Made by a program: the position numbers and the translations under genes. From Eubacteriales bacterium (GTDB taxonomy: Bacteria; Bacillota; Clostridia; Oscillospirales; CAG-272): 64,000 nucleotides of DNA. Positions 17,974 through 26,982 of this stretch are shown here, piece by piece (position 1 is the stretch's first letter; the number at the start of each line of letters is the position of its first letter). Below the pieces are notes generated by a model, which did no database searches, was not told the DNA's origin, and saw only the letters and a list, made by a program, of their open reading frames with translations. Location: positions 74,805-138,804 of the forward strand of contig JAZQGR010000075.1 in NCBI GenBank assembly GCA_045540115.1, in the 5' to 3' direction.

Positions 17974-19260
17974 ATGGAGGATAAAAATAAGTCAAACCTT
18001 CCCAAAGAGGCTGAAGATAAACAAAAGACCGGCTACAAGCTTATCAAAAAGAGAAGCTCGGTCGTAATGCCTAAGGCTAAATACGACGGTGCGTTTGAAA
18101 AGGAAAACCCGTATTATATTAAGATCGCGAACAAATACGCGATACTTAAATACGTATCTATCCTTCTGACCTTCGTTTTTGCCATAACAATGCTCACGGC
18201 GTACAGTTCTGACATAACGCCGGAGAATTTTCAATATTTATTAAAGGACCTTGATATTACGGGAGTCCTTTCGGGCAGTAAATTTGACTCGGTCATTTAT
18301 AACGGTGGCTCAACCTCATCTTTCGGCATATACCGCGGAGAGCTTGCCGTAATAAACGCGGGTTCAACGATGCTCTATAAGCCGTCGGGCGCGCTGTCGT
18401 ATAACGACTCGAATAAATTCTATAATCCTCGGCTCGTGATTTCTGATAAATATATGCTGATATACGACAGAGGAGACACGACTCATACCTATTCGGTACA
18501 TAACTCCTTTGCAAAGCTTCACGAGGAGCGATTCGATTATCCTATTACGCTTGCCGATATGTCGGATAAGGGAAGCTATGCCGTCGTCACACGTGATGAC
18601 AGCTTCAGAAGCATCGTATACGTATACGACGAGAACTTTAACTTGAAAAACACAGTACGTAAGGACAAATACGTCCTTTCAGTCAGCATGAGCGACACGG
18701 GGAACAAGCTTGCCATTGCCTCGGTATACGACAAGGACGGCGCATTTGAAAGCGAGCTGATAGTTCTCGGTATATCAAGCGAAAAGCCTGATTTCACGGT
18801 TAATGAAGCGGGGAAAATACCGCTCAAAAGCGAGTGGCTGAGTAACGGCGATATCGCGGTCATTTATTCCGACTGCGTAATGATTTATTCACCGAATGGC
18901 GAAAAGCGTGCAACGCTTGATCTTAGCGGTCTGTCATCGCATAATCTCGAGATTAATTCCTCAATGATCGTTTCGGTGTATAATACGACGGTCCTCGGTT
19001 ACGATAAAACGGTAAACGTATACGATGTCAATGCCGAGCTTATAATGACTGCCTCAATTGAGGGAGAGCTTATCAGGATCCTTCCGGGAGATGAAAAGGT
19101 CTGTCTGCTTTTTGAGGACAGAGCCGTGCTGATAGACGTGCTCTCAAAAACTGTAAAGGAAACGCCCGTAAAGCCGAATGCGAAGGATATTGCCTTCTAT
19201 GAGGACACGGTGATCGTGTGTTACTCCGGCGGTGCCGAACCGCTTGACTTCGGCAAATAG
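17974..19260 (+). CDS. Membrane-anchored protein of unknown function (possibly DUF5711-type beta-rich ectodomain; family name from memory)
   Basis: RBS AAAGGAGG lies 5 nt before ATG 17974. There is one TM segment (YVSILLTFVFAITMLTAY), followed by about 340 aa of beta-rich sequence with no recognised catalytic motif. Confidence 0.5.
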   Translation: MEDKNKSNLPKEAEDKQKTGYKLIKKRSSVVMPKAKYDGAFEKENPYYIKIANKYAILKYVSILLTFVFAITMLTAYSSDITPENFQYLLKDLDITGVLSGSKFDSVIYNGGSTSSFGIYRGELAVINAGSTMLYKPSGALSYNDSNKFYNPRLVISDKYMLIYDRGDTTHTYSVHNSFAKLHEERFDYPITLADMSDKGSYAVVTRDDSFRSIVYVYDENFNLKNTVRKDKYVLSVSMSDTGNKLAIASVYDKDGAFESELIVLGISSEKPDFTVNEAGKIPLKSEWLSNGDIAVIYSDCVMIYSPNGEKRATLDLSGLSSHNLEINSSMIVSVYNTTVLGYDKTVNVYDVNAELIMTASIEGELIRILPGDEKVCLLFEDRAVLIDVLSKTVKETPVKPNAKDIAFYEDTVIVCYSGGAEPLDFGK

Positions 19261-19281
19261 TAGTTTTCATGAGGTATAGAA

Positions 19282-19977
19282 ATGTCGCTTTTAATTGACG
19301 TAATTGTTATAGCAGCGTTTGCAGCTTGCTTAATACGCGGAATAAAAAAGGGCTTTATAAAGAGCATTATCGGTATTGTCATCGTTATCGCGGCAATAAT
19401 CGGAGGCGTCAAGCTGAGCCCCGCTCTTGCTAAAAAAATGAACGATAAATTTATTGAGAAGTCGGTCGTCTCCGTCGCAAAGGACGCGATTCCGAGAGTT
19501 GATACCGATACGCTGGTTGACGAAATGCCGTCGGCGTTCAAAAAAGTTCTCGACCGATTCGGAACCGAGCCGGAGGACATAAAGGCGCTTTTTGAAAACA
19601 GCGATCCAAACGAGACCGAGGAGCAAAAGCGTGTCAGAATTGCCGAAAAGATGGGTAAGCCGCTCTCGAAGGGAATCTCTAAGGCGCTTGCATTCCTTAT
19701 TGTATTTGCAATATTCTACCTTGTACTCCTTGTTGCCTCCGTCATTATTTGTGCGCTTGTAAAGCTTCCTGTGCTTAAGGTGGCAGATAAGCTGCTCGGC
19801 GCGGTGCTTGGCGGAGCTTCGGGACTGCTCTTAGCATGGGGAATCAGCATCGCGATATGTGCGCTACTTCCGCATCTTTCAGTCCTTTACGACGGAGCGG
19901 TGCCGGAAACCGTGATCGACAATTCGATAGTTGTTAGATTCCTCGGAAAATTCGATCCCTTTAAACTTATAAAATAA
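19282..19977 (+). CDS. CvpA-family membrane protein
   Basis: The N-terminus MSLLIDVIVIAAFAACLIRGIKKGFIKSI is typical of CvpA/colicin V production family proteins. Confidence 0.7.
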   Translation: MSLLIDVIVIAAFAACLIRGIKKGFIKSIIGIVIVIAAIIGGVKLSPALAKKMNDKFIEKSVVSVAKDAIPRVDTDTLVDEMPSAFKKVLDRFGTEPEDIKALFENSDPNETEEQKRVRIAEKMGKPLSKGISKALAFLIVFAIFYLVLLVASVIICALVKLPVLKVADKLLGAVLGGASGLLLAWGISIAICALLPHLSVLYDGAVPETVIDNSIVVRFLGKFDPFKLIK

Positions 19978-20004
19978 GCAAAAACTCAATTTGGAGAAAA
20001 TATT

Positions 20005-22281
20005 ATGCAGCTGTGCTCAAAGTGCCACAAAAGACTTGCAGTAGTCTTTGTCGGCAAAATTGTAAACGATAAAATGGAAAACGAGGGCTATTGCCTGCGC
20101 TGTGCCAAGAGTCTTGGTATCGCTCAGGTTGACGCTCTTATGAACCAGTACGGAATCTCGGAGGATGATCTCGATCGCCTCGAGCCCGATGTCGATGAAA
20201 ACGACCTTCCCGCAGTAGTCGAGGGCGATGACGAGGAGGGAAAGGCTCCCGCGATCGACTTTATGAAGATCTTCGGAAACGTCGGCGGAATGCCTCCTAT
20301 GAGACCTCGCCCCGACAAGAAGCCGAATGAGCAGGCGAAAAAGGAGAAGAGCAAAAAGTTTCTTTCTCAGTACTGCACGTCGCTTACCGATAAGGCGAAG
20401 AGCGGGCTTCTCGACGCAATAATAGGGCGTGACCGTGAGCTTCAGAGGGTTATGCAGATCCTCTGCCGCCGTCAGAAAAACAATCCCTGTCTCATCGGTG
20501 AACCGGGTGTTGGTAAGACTGCTGTTGCGGAAGCTCTTGCATCAAAGATCGCGTCGGGCGAAGTTTCTTTCCGTCTTAAGGATAAGGAAGTGTATCTCGT
20601 TGATATGACAGCTCTCGTTGCAGGCACTCAGTTCAGAGGTCAGTTCGAGACGAGAATGAAGGGACTTATCGACGAGGTAAAGGCGCTCGGAAACGTTATA
20701 CTCGTTATTGACGAGGTTCATACCATTGCGTCGGCAGGCGACGCGGAGGGAAGCATGAACGCCGCGAATATCCTCAAGCCGGCACTTTCTCGCGGTGAAA
20801 TACAGGTTATAGGTGCAACCACCCTCACAGAGTACAGAAAATTTATCGAGAAGGATGCTGCGCTTGAACGCCGCTTCCAGCCCGTTATGATCGACGAGCC
20901 GTCGCTTGGCGACTGTGTCGAGATACTCAAGGGTATAAAGAACTATTACGAGACCTTCCACGGTATCACCGTGTCGAATGAGCTTCTTCATAAGGCGGTA
21001 ACGCTGTCAGAGCGCTATATAACCGACAGATATCTGCCCGACAAGGCTATCGACCTGCTTGACGAGGCGCTTTCTCACGTTGCTCTGAAATCAAAGGTGC
21101 TGAACGAGTTCAGAGCCGCTGAAAAGGAAGCTATCGACGTTGCCAAGCTGAAGGCAGAGATCGAGGCGCGCGAGGAGAGCGAGCAGGACGCGCAGAACAA
21201 AAAGTATGAACAGCTTGCCGAGATAAAGGTCAAGGAGATAAACCTTAATCAGCGTCTCGATGCGCTCCGCGAGGAAAAAGATAAGCTGACTCTTACGAGT
21301 GCTGACCTTGCAAGAGTTATCGAAATCTGGACGGGTGTCCCCGCTTCCTCGATAATGGAAAACGATTTTGCCAAGCTTGAGCGTCTGAAGGAAAGCATCG
21401 CAGGAAAGATCATCGGACAGGATCACGCGGTTGACGCCGTTGTCCGCGCGATCAGAAGAAACCGCGCCGGAGTGAGCGCAAAGCGCAAGCCTGTTTCCTT
21501 TATATTCGCAGGACCGACGGGCGTCGGTAAGACTGAGCTTGTAAAGGTTCTTGCAAACGAGCTTTTCGATTCCCCCGAAACTCTTATACGACTTGATATG
21601 TCGGAGTTTATGGAGAAATTTTCGGTATCGAGAATTATCGGTGCTCCTCCCGGATACGTCGGCTACGACGAGGCGGGACAGCTTACCGAGAAGATCCGCC
21701 GTAAGCCGTATAGCGTTGTACTTTTCGATGAGATCGAAAAGGCGCATCCCGACGTGATGAATATTCTTCTACAGATACTTGATGACGGAAGGATTACCGA
21801 CGCGCAGGGAAGAACAGTAAATTTCGAAAATACCGTAATCGTGATGACGACAAATGCCGGATCGGAGGTCTCCTCCTCTGCTGCAGGCTTCTCAAGCAGC
21901 CGTCACGATTCCGATAAGGAGCGCACCGAAAAGGCACTTTCGACCTTCTTGCGCCCCGAATTTATAAATCGCGTTGATGAAATAATCGTCTTTAACCGAC
22001 TGAATAAAGAAAACTTCGCCGAAATTGCGAAGCTCATGCTTAACGACCTTACCTCCGCGCTCGCGGAAAAGGATATCAAGTTCGTTTATTCCGATAATGC
22101 GGCGAAAGCTATTGCTGAGGCGTCTTTCAGCGATAAATACGGCGCGCGTAATATGCGCAGATATATCGAAAAAGAAGTCGAGGATAAGCTTGCGGATAAG
22201 CTGATAAGCGGCTATTCCGAGAACATTTTCGGTATTTCTCTTGACCACGACGGCGAAAAGCTGACAGTTGAGACTATTTAA
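20005..22281 (+). CDS. Clp/Hsp100 double-AAA+ ATPase (ClpC/ClpA-like) with an N-terminal Cys4 zinc ribbon instead of Clp_N repeats
   Basis: Walker A GEPGVGKTA and GPTGVGKTE, Walker B VIDEVH and LFDEIEKA, a short coiled-coil middle region, and GAPPGYVGYDE. Cys4 at residues 4, 7, 30 and 33 (CSKC...CLRC). Confidence 0.85.
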   Translation: MQLCSKCHKRLAVVFVGKIVNDKMENEGYCLRCAKSLGIAQVDALMNQYGISEDDLDRLEPDVDENDLPAVVEGDDEEGKAPAIDFMKIFGNVGGMPPMRPRPDKKPNEQAKKEKSKKFLSQYCTSLTDKAKSGLLDAIIGRDRELQRVMQILCRRQKNNPCLIGEPGVGKTAVAEALASKIASGEVSFRLKDKEVYLVDMTALVAGTQFRGQFETRMKGLIDEVKALGNVILVIDEVHTIASAGDAEGSMNAANILKPALSRGEIQVIGATTLTEYRKFIEKDAALERRFQPVMIDEPSLGDCVEILKGIKNYYETFHGITVSNELLHKAVTLSERYITDRYLPDKAIDLLDEALSHVALKSKVLNEFRAAEKEAIDVAKLKAEIEAREESEQDAQNKKYEQLAEIKVKEINLNQRLDALREEKDKLTLTSADLARVIEIWTGVPASSIMENDFAKLERLKESIAGKIIGQDHAVDAVVRAIRRNRAGVSAKRKPVSFIFAGPTGVGKTELVKVLANELFDSPETLIRLDMSEFMEKFSVSRIIGAPPGYVGYDEAGQLTEKIRRKPYSVVLFDEIEKAHPDVMNILLQILDDGRITDAQGRTVNFENTVIVMTTNAGSEVSSSAAGFSSSRHDSDKERTEKALSTFLRPEFINRVDEIIVFNRLNKENFAEIAKLMLNDLTSALAEKDIKFVYSDNAAKAIAEASFSDKYGARNMRRYIEKEVEDKLADKLISGYSENIFGISLDHDGEKLTVETI

Positions 22282-22376
22282 TTAGTGTAATTTATCAATA
22301 TTCTGTGGAATCCTGAGTGGGCTTCGCTCAGAATGATCGCAGAATGCTTCTGAATATTGAAGAAAGGAGAGCAGAT

Positions 22377-25172
22377 ATGGCTGAAAAATGGTATGATAAA
22401 TCTGCCGTGCAGACGGCGACCATTCTCGGCACGAACGTCGGAACAGGTCTGTCGCGCGACGAGATTCGCAGAAGGCGAAAGCTTGACGGTGAAAACGATT
22501 TATACCCGACACCGAAAAAGGACTATAAGACGTATCTTGCTCACCTTCTGACGGATTTTAATTCACTCCTTATGCTGACGGTGCTTCTTATCGCCGCGAT
22601 CTTTGAGGAGACGGAAAATCTGTTCGTTATGCTCGCGGTTCTCCTCACCTATTACATTGTTGCGATGGTAACGTATATGAAGTCCCAAAGCGTTCTTGAC
22701 GATATGGGCAAGGGCGCACTCCCGAACGCAAAGGTCTTGCGCGAGGGAAGGGTATATATGATAAAGCAGAGAAAGCTTGTTCGCGGTGATATTATTTATA
22801 TCTCTGCAGGAGACATAGTTCCGTGTGACGCGCGTCTTGTCGAGAGTAACGATCTTGAGATCCTTGAGGTGAACGTAACGGGAGTTACTCACGCGGTTCG
22901 TAAGTCGGCACGCTTTGAGGAATATCACGATATCGCTCCTTCAAATCAGAAAAATATGCTCTTTGCTTCTTCTATCGTAACAAAGGGTAATGCTAAAGCG
23001 ATCTGCTGTGAGATCGGAAACGATACACTTGTCTGCAAAATGAAGAAGAATCATCCGATCGTTTCACACGAGCGTATACAGGTGTTTGACAGGATAGCGA
23101 TCTTTTGCCGCCGTTGGACACTTGCGATGACGGTCACGGTATTTGCTTTGACCGTAATGTCGCTTCTTGTCGAGAAAACAAATAACGGCATATTCCCGTC
23201 GTTTATGACGGGAGTATCGCTTGCGGTGTCGTCAATGAGCGAGTTTTATACCGCATTCGGATACATTGTCCTTGCCTGCGGGATATTTGGCGCACTCAAT
23301 CGTAAAAAAGAGGTTAACCGCGGCGCGCTGATAAAAAACAGCTCAAAGCTTGAGGATATCAAAAACCTCACCTGCATAATGGTGCCGAAGGAAGGTGCCT
23401 TCAATATACGCGGAATGTCGCTTGAAAAGGTATTTGCAAACGGCGACGTATATTCAAAGGAGGATCGCGGCTTCAAAAAGAACGCCGCAAGAGTTCTCCG
23501 TTACGCGCTTATTTCGACGGGTAAATACGGCGCAGGAATGCTCACGCGCAATAACGTACTCGGAGAGAATGTATATACCTCCGAGGAGGATGCAATTATC
23601 AAGGCGGCAGAGGGACTGAGCGAGTATAATATCGGTCTTGAAAGACGCTATCCCATGGTCGAGCACGTAGACCGCGGAACTCGCGGCTCTGCATTTGACA
23701 CAACCCTTGTTCATTATGAAAACGGCTTTTTCGTCAGCATGCGCGGAGACTATTCAAGCATACTACCTCTCTGTCGCTACTACACAGAGGACAGCCGCGT
23801 TTATACCATGACTGACGAGAAGCTTAATAACTTCTATATTGAAGCCGAAAAGCTTGCCCGCCAGTCGTACAGAGTAATTGCCATTGCCTCGAAGGACACG
23901 GTTTATAATAATCTGCGCCGTGTTGCAAACTGCCATACAGAGCTTACGCTTGAAGGTCTGCTTGCAATAAGAGAGCCGATACTTCCCGACGCGGCGAAGA
24001 ACGTTCTGCGCTGTAAAAACGCGGGAATCAAGGTCATAATGCTCTCGCCCGATGAAAGCGAAAATAATGCTGTCGTTGCCGAATCTCTCGGAATTGCGGC
24101 GAGCCCCGATCAGCTTGTGACGGGCAGAGCTCTTTCGGGAATGAAGGAGGGACTAATCCGCGCCGATCTGGAAAAGTACACGGTATATCAGGGCCTCAGC
24201 CTCGCACAAAAGCGAATGATAGTCAGATATCTTCAGGAAAATGGCGAGAAGGTTGGATATCTCTGCTCCGAGCTTGACGAAATTATCCTGATGAAGGAAG
24301 CCGATGTCGGCTTCGCACAAAGCGTAACGCTCTCCGATCGTACAGGCGGAAGCGGAGTAGACCTTTCTCGTCACAATATCCCGATATACAGTAAGGATGC
24401 AAGCTCGGGACAAACGGGCTGTGAGGCGCTCAAATTCGTCTCCGACGTTATCGTTTCCGAACCCGATGAATCGGGAACGGGTGGCTTCAATGCCATTGTC
24501 GACTCCTTCCTCTGCTCAAAGTCGGTATATTATAATCTTCATCGAATGCTGAAATATATGATAAGCTCGCAGATAGCGCGTCTGATGCTTGTCTTCATAT
24601 CGCTTCTTTGCGGATTTACTGCGCTTATTCCGTCGCAGATACTCTTCCTCGGACTTGTGACGGATTTTGCTGCAATCGTCATAATAGCCTTTGAAAAGCC
24701 CGATTATTCGCTTGTCAAGGCGTCTGCGGATGTTGGAGGAAAGCTTCAGAATCCCTTTATCAAAAACCCCGAATCAGCGCTTATGGGCGTGCTTTGGGCG
24801 CTTGCAACTTCCGTCAGTGCTATGGTACTGACAAATACTTCTATTCTGTCGGAATCGGCTGTTACCGCATACTGCTTCGTTAGCTTCATTATTGCGCAGA
24901 TCGCGATGCTGAACGAGTGTAAGCGCGAGCAGAGCGTGTTTGATAAGAACGTCAGAGTCAACGGCGCATATCTTACTATGCTGACTGTTGTTTTGGTATT
25001 CCTTGCCTTCGCGTTTGCTATCAGGAGCTTCGGAGAGCTGTTCGGAATATCCCGTATGTCGCCTTATGCTGCTCTCGCGCTTCTTATTCCTGCGGTCGTG
25101 TTGACCGTTGTCTATGAGATATTCAAGGCGATTGTGGGTACAAAAAGTGACAAAAACAGCACCCCAAAGTAA
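22377..25172 (+). CDS. P-type (P2-like) cation ATPase homolog with all catalytic motifs degenerate (probable pseudo-ATPase)
   Basis: RBS AAAGGAGAG lies before ATG 22377. It has a cation-ATPase N-terminal segment, GDIVPCD, and about 10 TM helices. However, TGES is replaced by TGVT, DKTGT by PKEGA, TGD by SPD, and GDGVND by CSELDE. Confidence 0.8.
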   Translation: MAEKWYDKSAVQTATILGTNVGTGLSRDEIRRRRKLDGENDLYPTPKKDYKTYLAHLLTDFNSLLMLTVLLIAAIFEETENLFVMLAVLLTYYIVAMVTYMKSQSVLDDMGKGALPNAKVLREGRVYMIKQRKLVRGDIIYISAGDIVPCDARLVESNDLEILEVNVTGVTHAVRKSARFEEYHDIAPSNQKNMLFASSIVTKGNAKAICCEIGNDTLVCKMKKNHPIVSHERIQVFDRIAIFCRRWTLAMTVTVFALTVMSLLVEKTNNGIFPSFMTGVSLAVSSMSEFYTAFGYIVLACGIFGALNRKKEVNRGALIKNSSKLEDIKNLTCIMVPKEGAFNIRGMSLEKVFANGDVYSKEDRGFKKNAARVLRYALISTGKYGAGMLTRNNVLGENVYTSEEDAIIKAAEGLSEYNIGLERRYPMVEHVDRGTRGSAFDTTLVHYENGFFVSMRGDYSSILPLCRYYTEDSRVYTMTDEKLNNFYIEAEKLARQSYRVIAIASKDTVYNNLRRVANCHTELTLEGLLAIREPILPDAAKNVLRCKNAGIKVIMLSPDESENNAVVAESLGIAASPDQLVTGRALSGMKEGLIRADLEKYTVYQGLSLAQKRMIVRYLQENGEKVGYLCSELDEIILMKEADVGFAQSVTLSDRTGGSGVDLSRHNIPIYSKDASSGQTGCEALKFVSDVIVSEPDESGTGGFNAIVDSFLCSKSVYYNLHRMLKYMISSQIARLMLVFISLLCGFTALIPSQILFLGLVTDFAAIVIIAFEKPDYSLVKASADVGGKLQNPFIKNPESALMGVLWALATSVSAMVLTNTSILSESAVTAYCFVSFIIAQIAMLNECKREQSVFDKNVRVNGAYLTMLTVVLVFLAFAFAIRSFGELFGISRMSPYAALALLIPAVVLTVVYEIFKAIVGTKSDKNSTPK

Positions 25173-25175
25173 CAA

Positions 25176-25209
25176 AAATGACCGAAAACGGTAACGTTTT
25201 CGGTCATTT
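25176..25209. terminator. Bidirectional terminator between convergent genes
   Basis: AAATGACCGAAAACG-GTAA-CGTTTTCGGTCATTT. Confidence 0.85.
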
Positions 25210-25213
25210 ATTA

Positions 25214-26251
25214 TTATAGGTCAGTTACGAAGTACGGCATCGAATATGCTTCGTTTCCGTTTTCGTCGGTGACTGTTACACGGAAGAACGCGGGCGGATC
25301 GGATACTCTCTTTTTCGCGGAATCGTTAATGAAGGTGTTAAGATCAAATTTTGCCTCGGTAAGAGACTCGCCGTCCTTTGCATATACGCGCTTTGATGTA
25401 CGCCGCTCGGTAGAAAGGAATATGGAAGAAGCGGGCGAGGTCTTGACTGTGAGAATGCCGTCCTCAATATACAGCTCTGTAATATCGGGGCCGCTCGACG
25501 CGAAAAAATCGCCCTTCTCAAGCGCGGTCATAATAGCGGAGTATTCGAGCTTGTCTGCTTTTATCATAACCCAGCCGCCGAAATAGTCCCAGAAGTTTTC
25601 AAAGCTTCCGTGAGCATCGTCCGTCGCGAGAGGAAATACCTTCTCACCGAGGGCGAGAAGATCGTCAAACGGCTGAACGGTATCGGGATAACCGCTTCTT
25701 ACGCAGCCTGTATTATACACCTCAACTCCCCACAAGCCCTTGAGTCGTGAATAAAAGGGGTAGTGATTAAGCGACCAGACCGGGTGGTTATACGAAACGA
25801 TAAACCCGTCCTCCTTGGCTGCGGCGATGACCTCGTTCATCGATTCGGGGGTGAAGGTTCTCTTAAAATCGGTCTCCTTCATTTCCTCGTTCAGATACTG
25901 CTCGGCATGAGCAGGCCAAAGACGAGACTTGGAATAAACCGCGCAGGTCGTTTTGTTAGGGTCCTTGGAATAAAGGTTTATATGACAGGTCTCGCGGAAG
26001 TTGTATGCGCCGTGAGTGAGCTCGGCGTTTGTCGCAAGCTCGACGGAGGTTATTGGGAGAAACGCGTCATCGGCAAGATCGGTGTGAGGAACCATAGCCT
26101 CGTGGTCGGTATATGCAACGACAGAGTAGCCCTTTTCCTTGTAAACCGCCTTGATCTCCTCGGGCGTAAGTGCGCCGTCTGAGATGGTAGTATGAACGTG
26201 TAGATTAGCCTTGTAAAAATTGCCGTTTTCGGGCAAAAGAAACTTTTTCAT
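25214..26251 (-). CDS. PHP-domain phosphoesterase family protein
   Basis: ANLHVHTTISDGALTPEE and VAYTDHE, the N-terminal His motifs of the PHP fold. Confidence 0.75.
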   Translation of the reverse strand: MKKFLLPENGNFYKANLHVHTTISDGALTPEEIKAVYKEKGYSVVAYTDHEAMVPHTDLADDAFLPITSVELATNAELTHGAYNFRETCHINLYSKDPNKTTCAVYSKSRLWPAHAEQYLNEEMKETDFKRTFTPESMNEVIAAAKEDGFIVSYNHPVWSLNHYPFYSRLKGLWGVEVYNTGCVRSGYPDTVQPFDDLLALGEKVFPLATDDAHGSFENFWDYFGGWVMIKADKLEYSAIMTALEKGDFFASSGPDITELYIEDGILTVKTSPASSIFLSTERRTSKRVYAKDGESLTEAKFDLNTFINDSAKKRVSDPPAFFRVTVTDENGNEAYSMPYFVTDL

Positions 26252-26257
26252 ATACGT

Positions 26258-26815
26258 TTATTCCATTACCGTTCCGTCGGGATGGAAAAGGGGAAGCTTT
26301 TCAAGGTATACGATGTCGGGGCGCTCCTGAGCGTCACCCTCTGCAAGAATGCACGCCTTTCCGACTATGATACCGCCTGCCTGTTCAACGAGAACTGCAA
26401 GAGCGTTAAGAGATTCACCTGTTGAGATAACGTCGTCAACGAGCAGGATCTTTTTGCCCTTCATTCTCTCGGCATCCATGCCGTCAAGATACAAGTGCTG
26501 ATCTGCGTCGGTAGTGATCGAACGAACGGGAACGTCAAAGACGCTCGTCATATAAAGCTTAGGGTGCTTACGGGCAACGAAATAGAAATCGTCCTCGCGC
26601 TGTCTTGCCATTTCGTGTGCAAGCGGAATGCCCTTTGCCTCTGCGGTTATGAGGTAATCGTATTCGGGAACGATCTTAAGGAGGTCGCGTGCGCAGGCAA
26701 CTGTAAGCTCTGCATCACCGAAAATTACGAATGCGCCGATACTGAGGTTTTCGTTTACGGGGCAGATAGGAAGATGTCTTTGAAGCCCCGCGATGGTCAT
26801 TTTGTGAGTGAGCAT
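26258..26815 (-). CDS. Phosphoribosyltransferase (purine/adenine PRTase-like)
   Basis: PRPP-binding motif KILLVDDVISTGESL. The start was chosen at ATG 26815 (AAAGGA 8 nt upstream); in-frame ATGs at 26833, 26824 and 26800 are alternatives. Confidence 0.75.
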   Translation of the reverse strand: MLTHKMTIAGLQRHLPICPVNENLSIGAFVIFGDAELTVACARDLLKIVPEYDYLITAEAKGIPLAHEMARQREDDFYFVARKHPKLYMTSVFDVPVRSITTDADQHLYLDGMDAERMKGKKILLVDDVISTGESLNALAVLVEQAGGIIVGKACILAEGDAQERPDIVYLEKLPLFHPDGTVME

Positions 26816-26917
26816 GATAGTCATCCTTTCCATAATAACTCTACTATAGATTATATCTCAAAAATGCAAAAAGTCAAGATAATTTACTTCTATTCTTATA
26901 ATAATCAATAAAAATAC

Positions 26918-26946
26918 TTGAATTATTCAGAAAGGTCTGCTATAAT
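26918..26946 (+). promoter_or_regulatory. Promoter for the oxidoreductase-coaE-aminopeptidase-prfA gene string
   Basis: TTGAAT, 17-nt spacer, TATAAT. A second TGTATAAT at 26961-26968 is an alternative -10 element. Confidence 0.5.
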
Positions 26947-26982
26947 ATATTATGTATAACTGTATAATGGGAGTATTATCTG

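Noticed and set aside
22296-22359. Possible structured leader upstream of the P-type ATPase homolog. CAATATTC can pair with GAATATTG, there is an inner CTGAG...CTCAG hairpin, and three CAGAAT/CTGAAT repeats offer alternative pairings.
   Set aside because: The stems are short (5-8 bp) and AT-rich, there is no U-tract, and nothing resembles a riboswitch class I know. This could easily be chance. It would need conservation or covariation analysis to be taken further.
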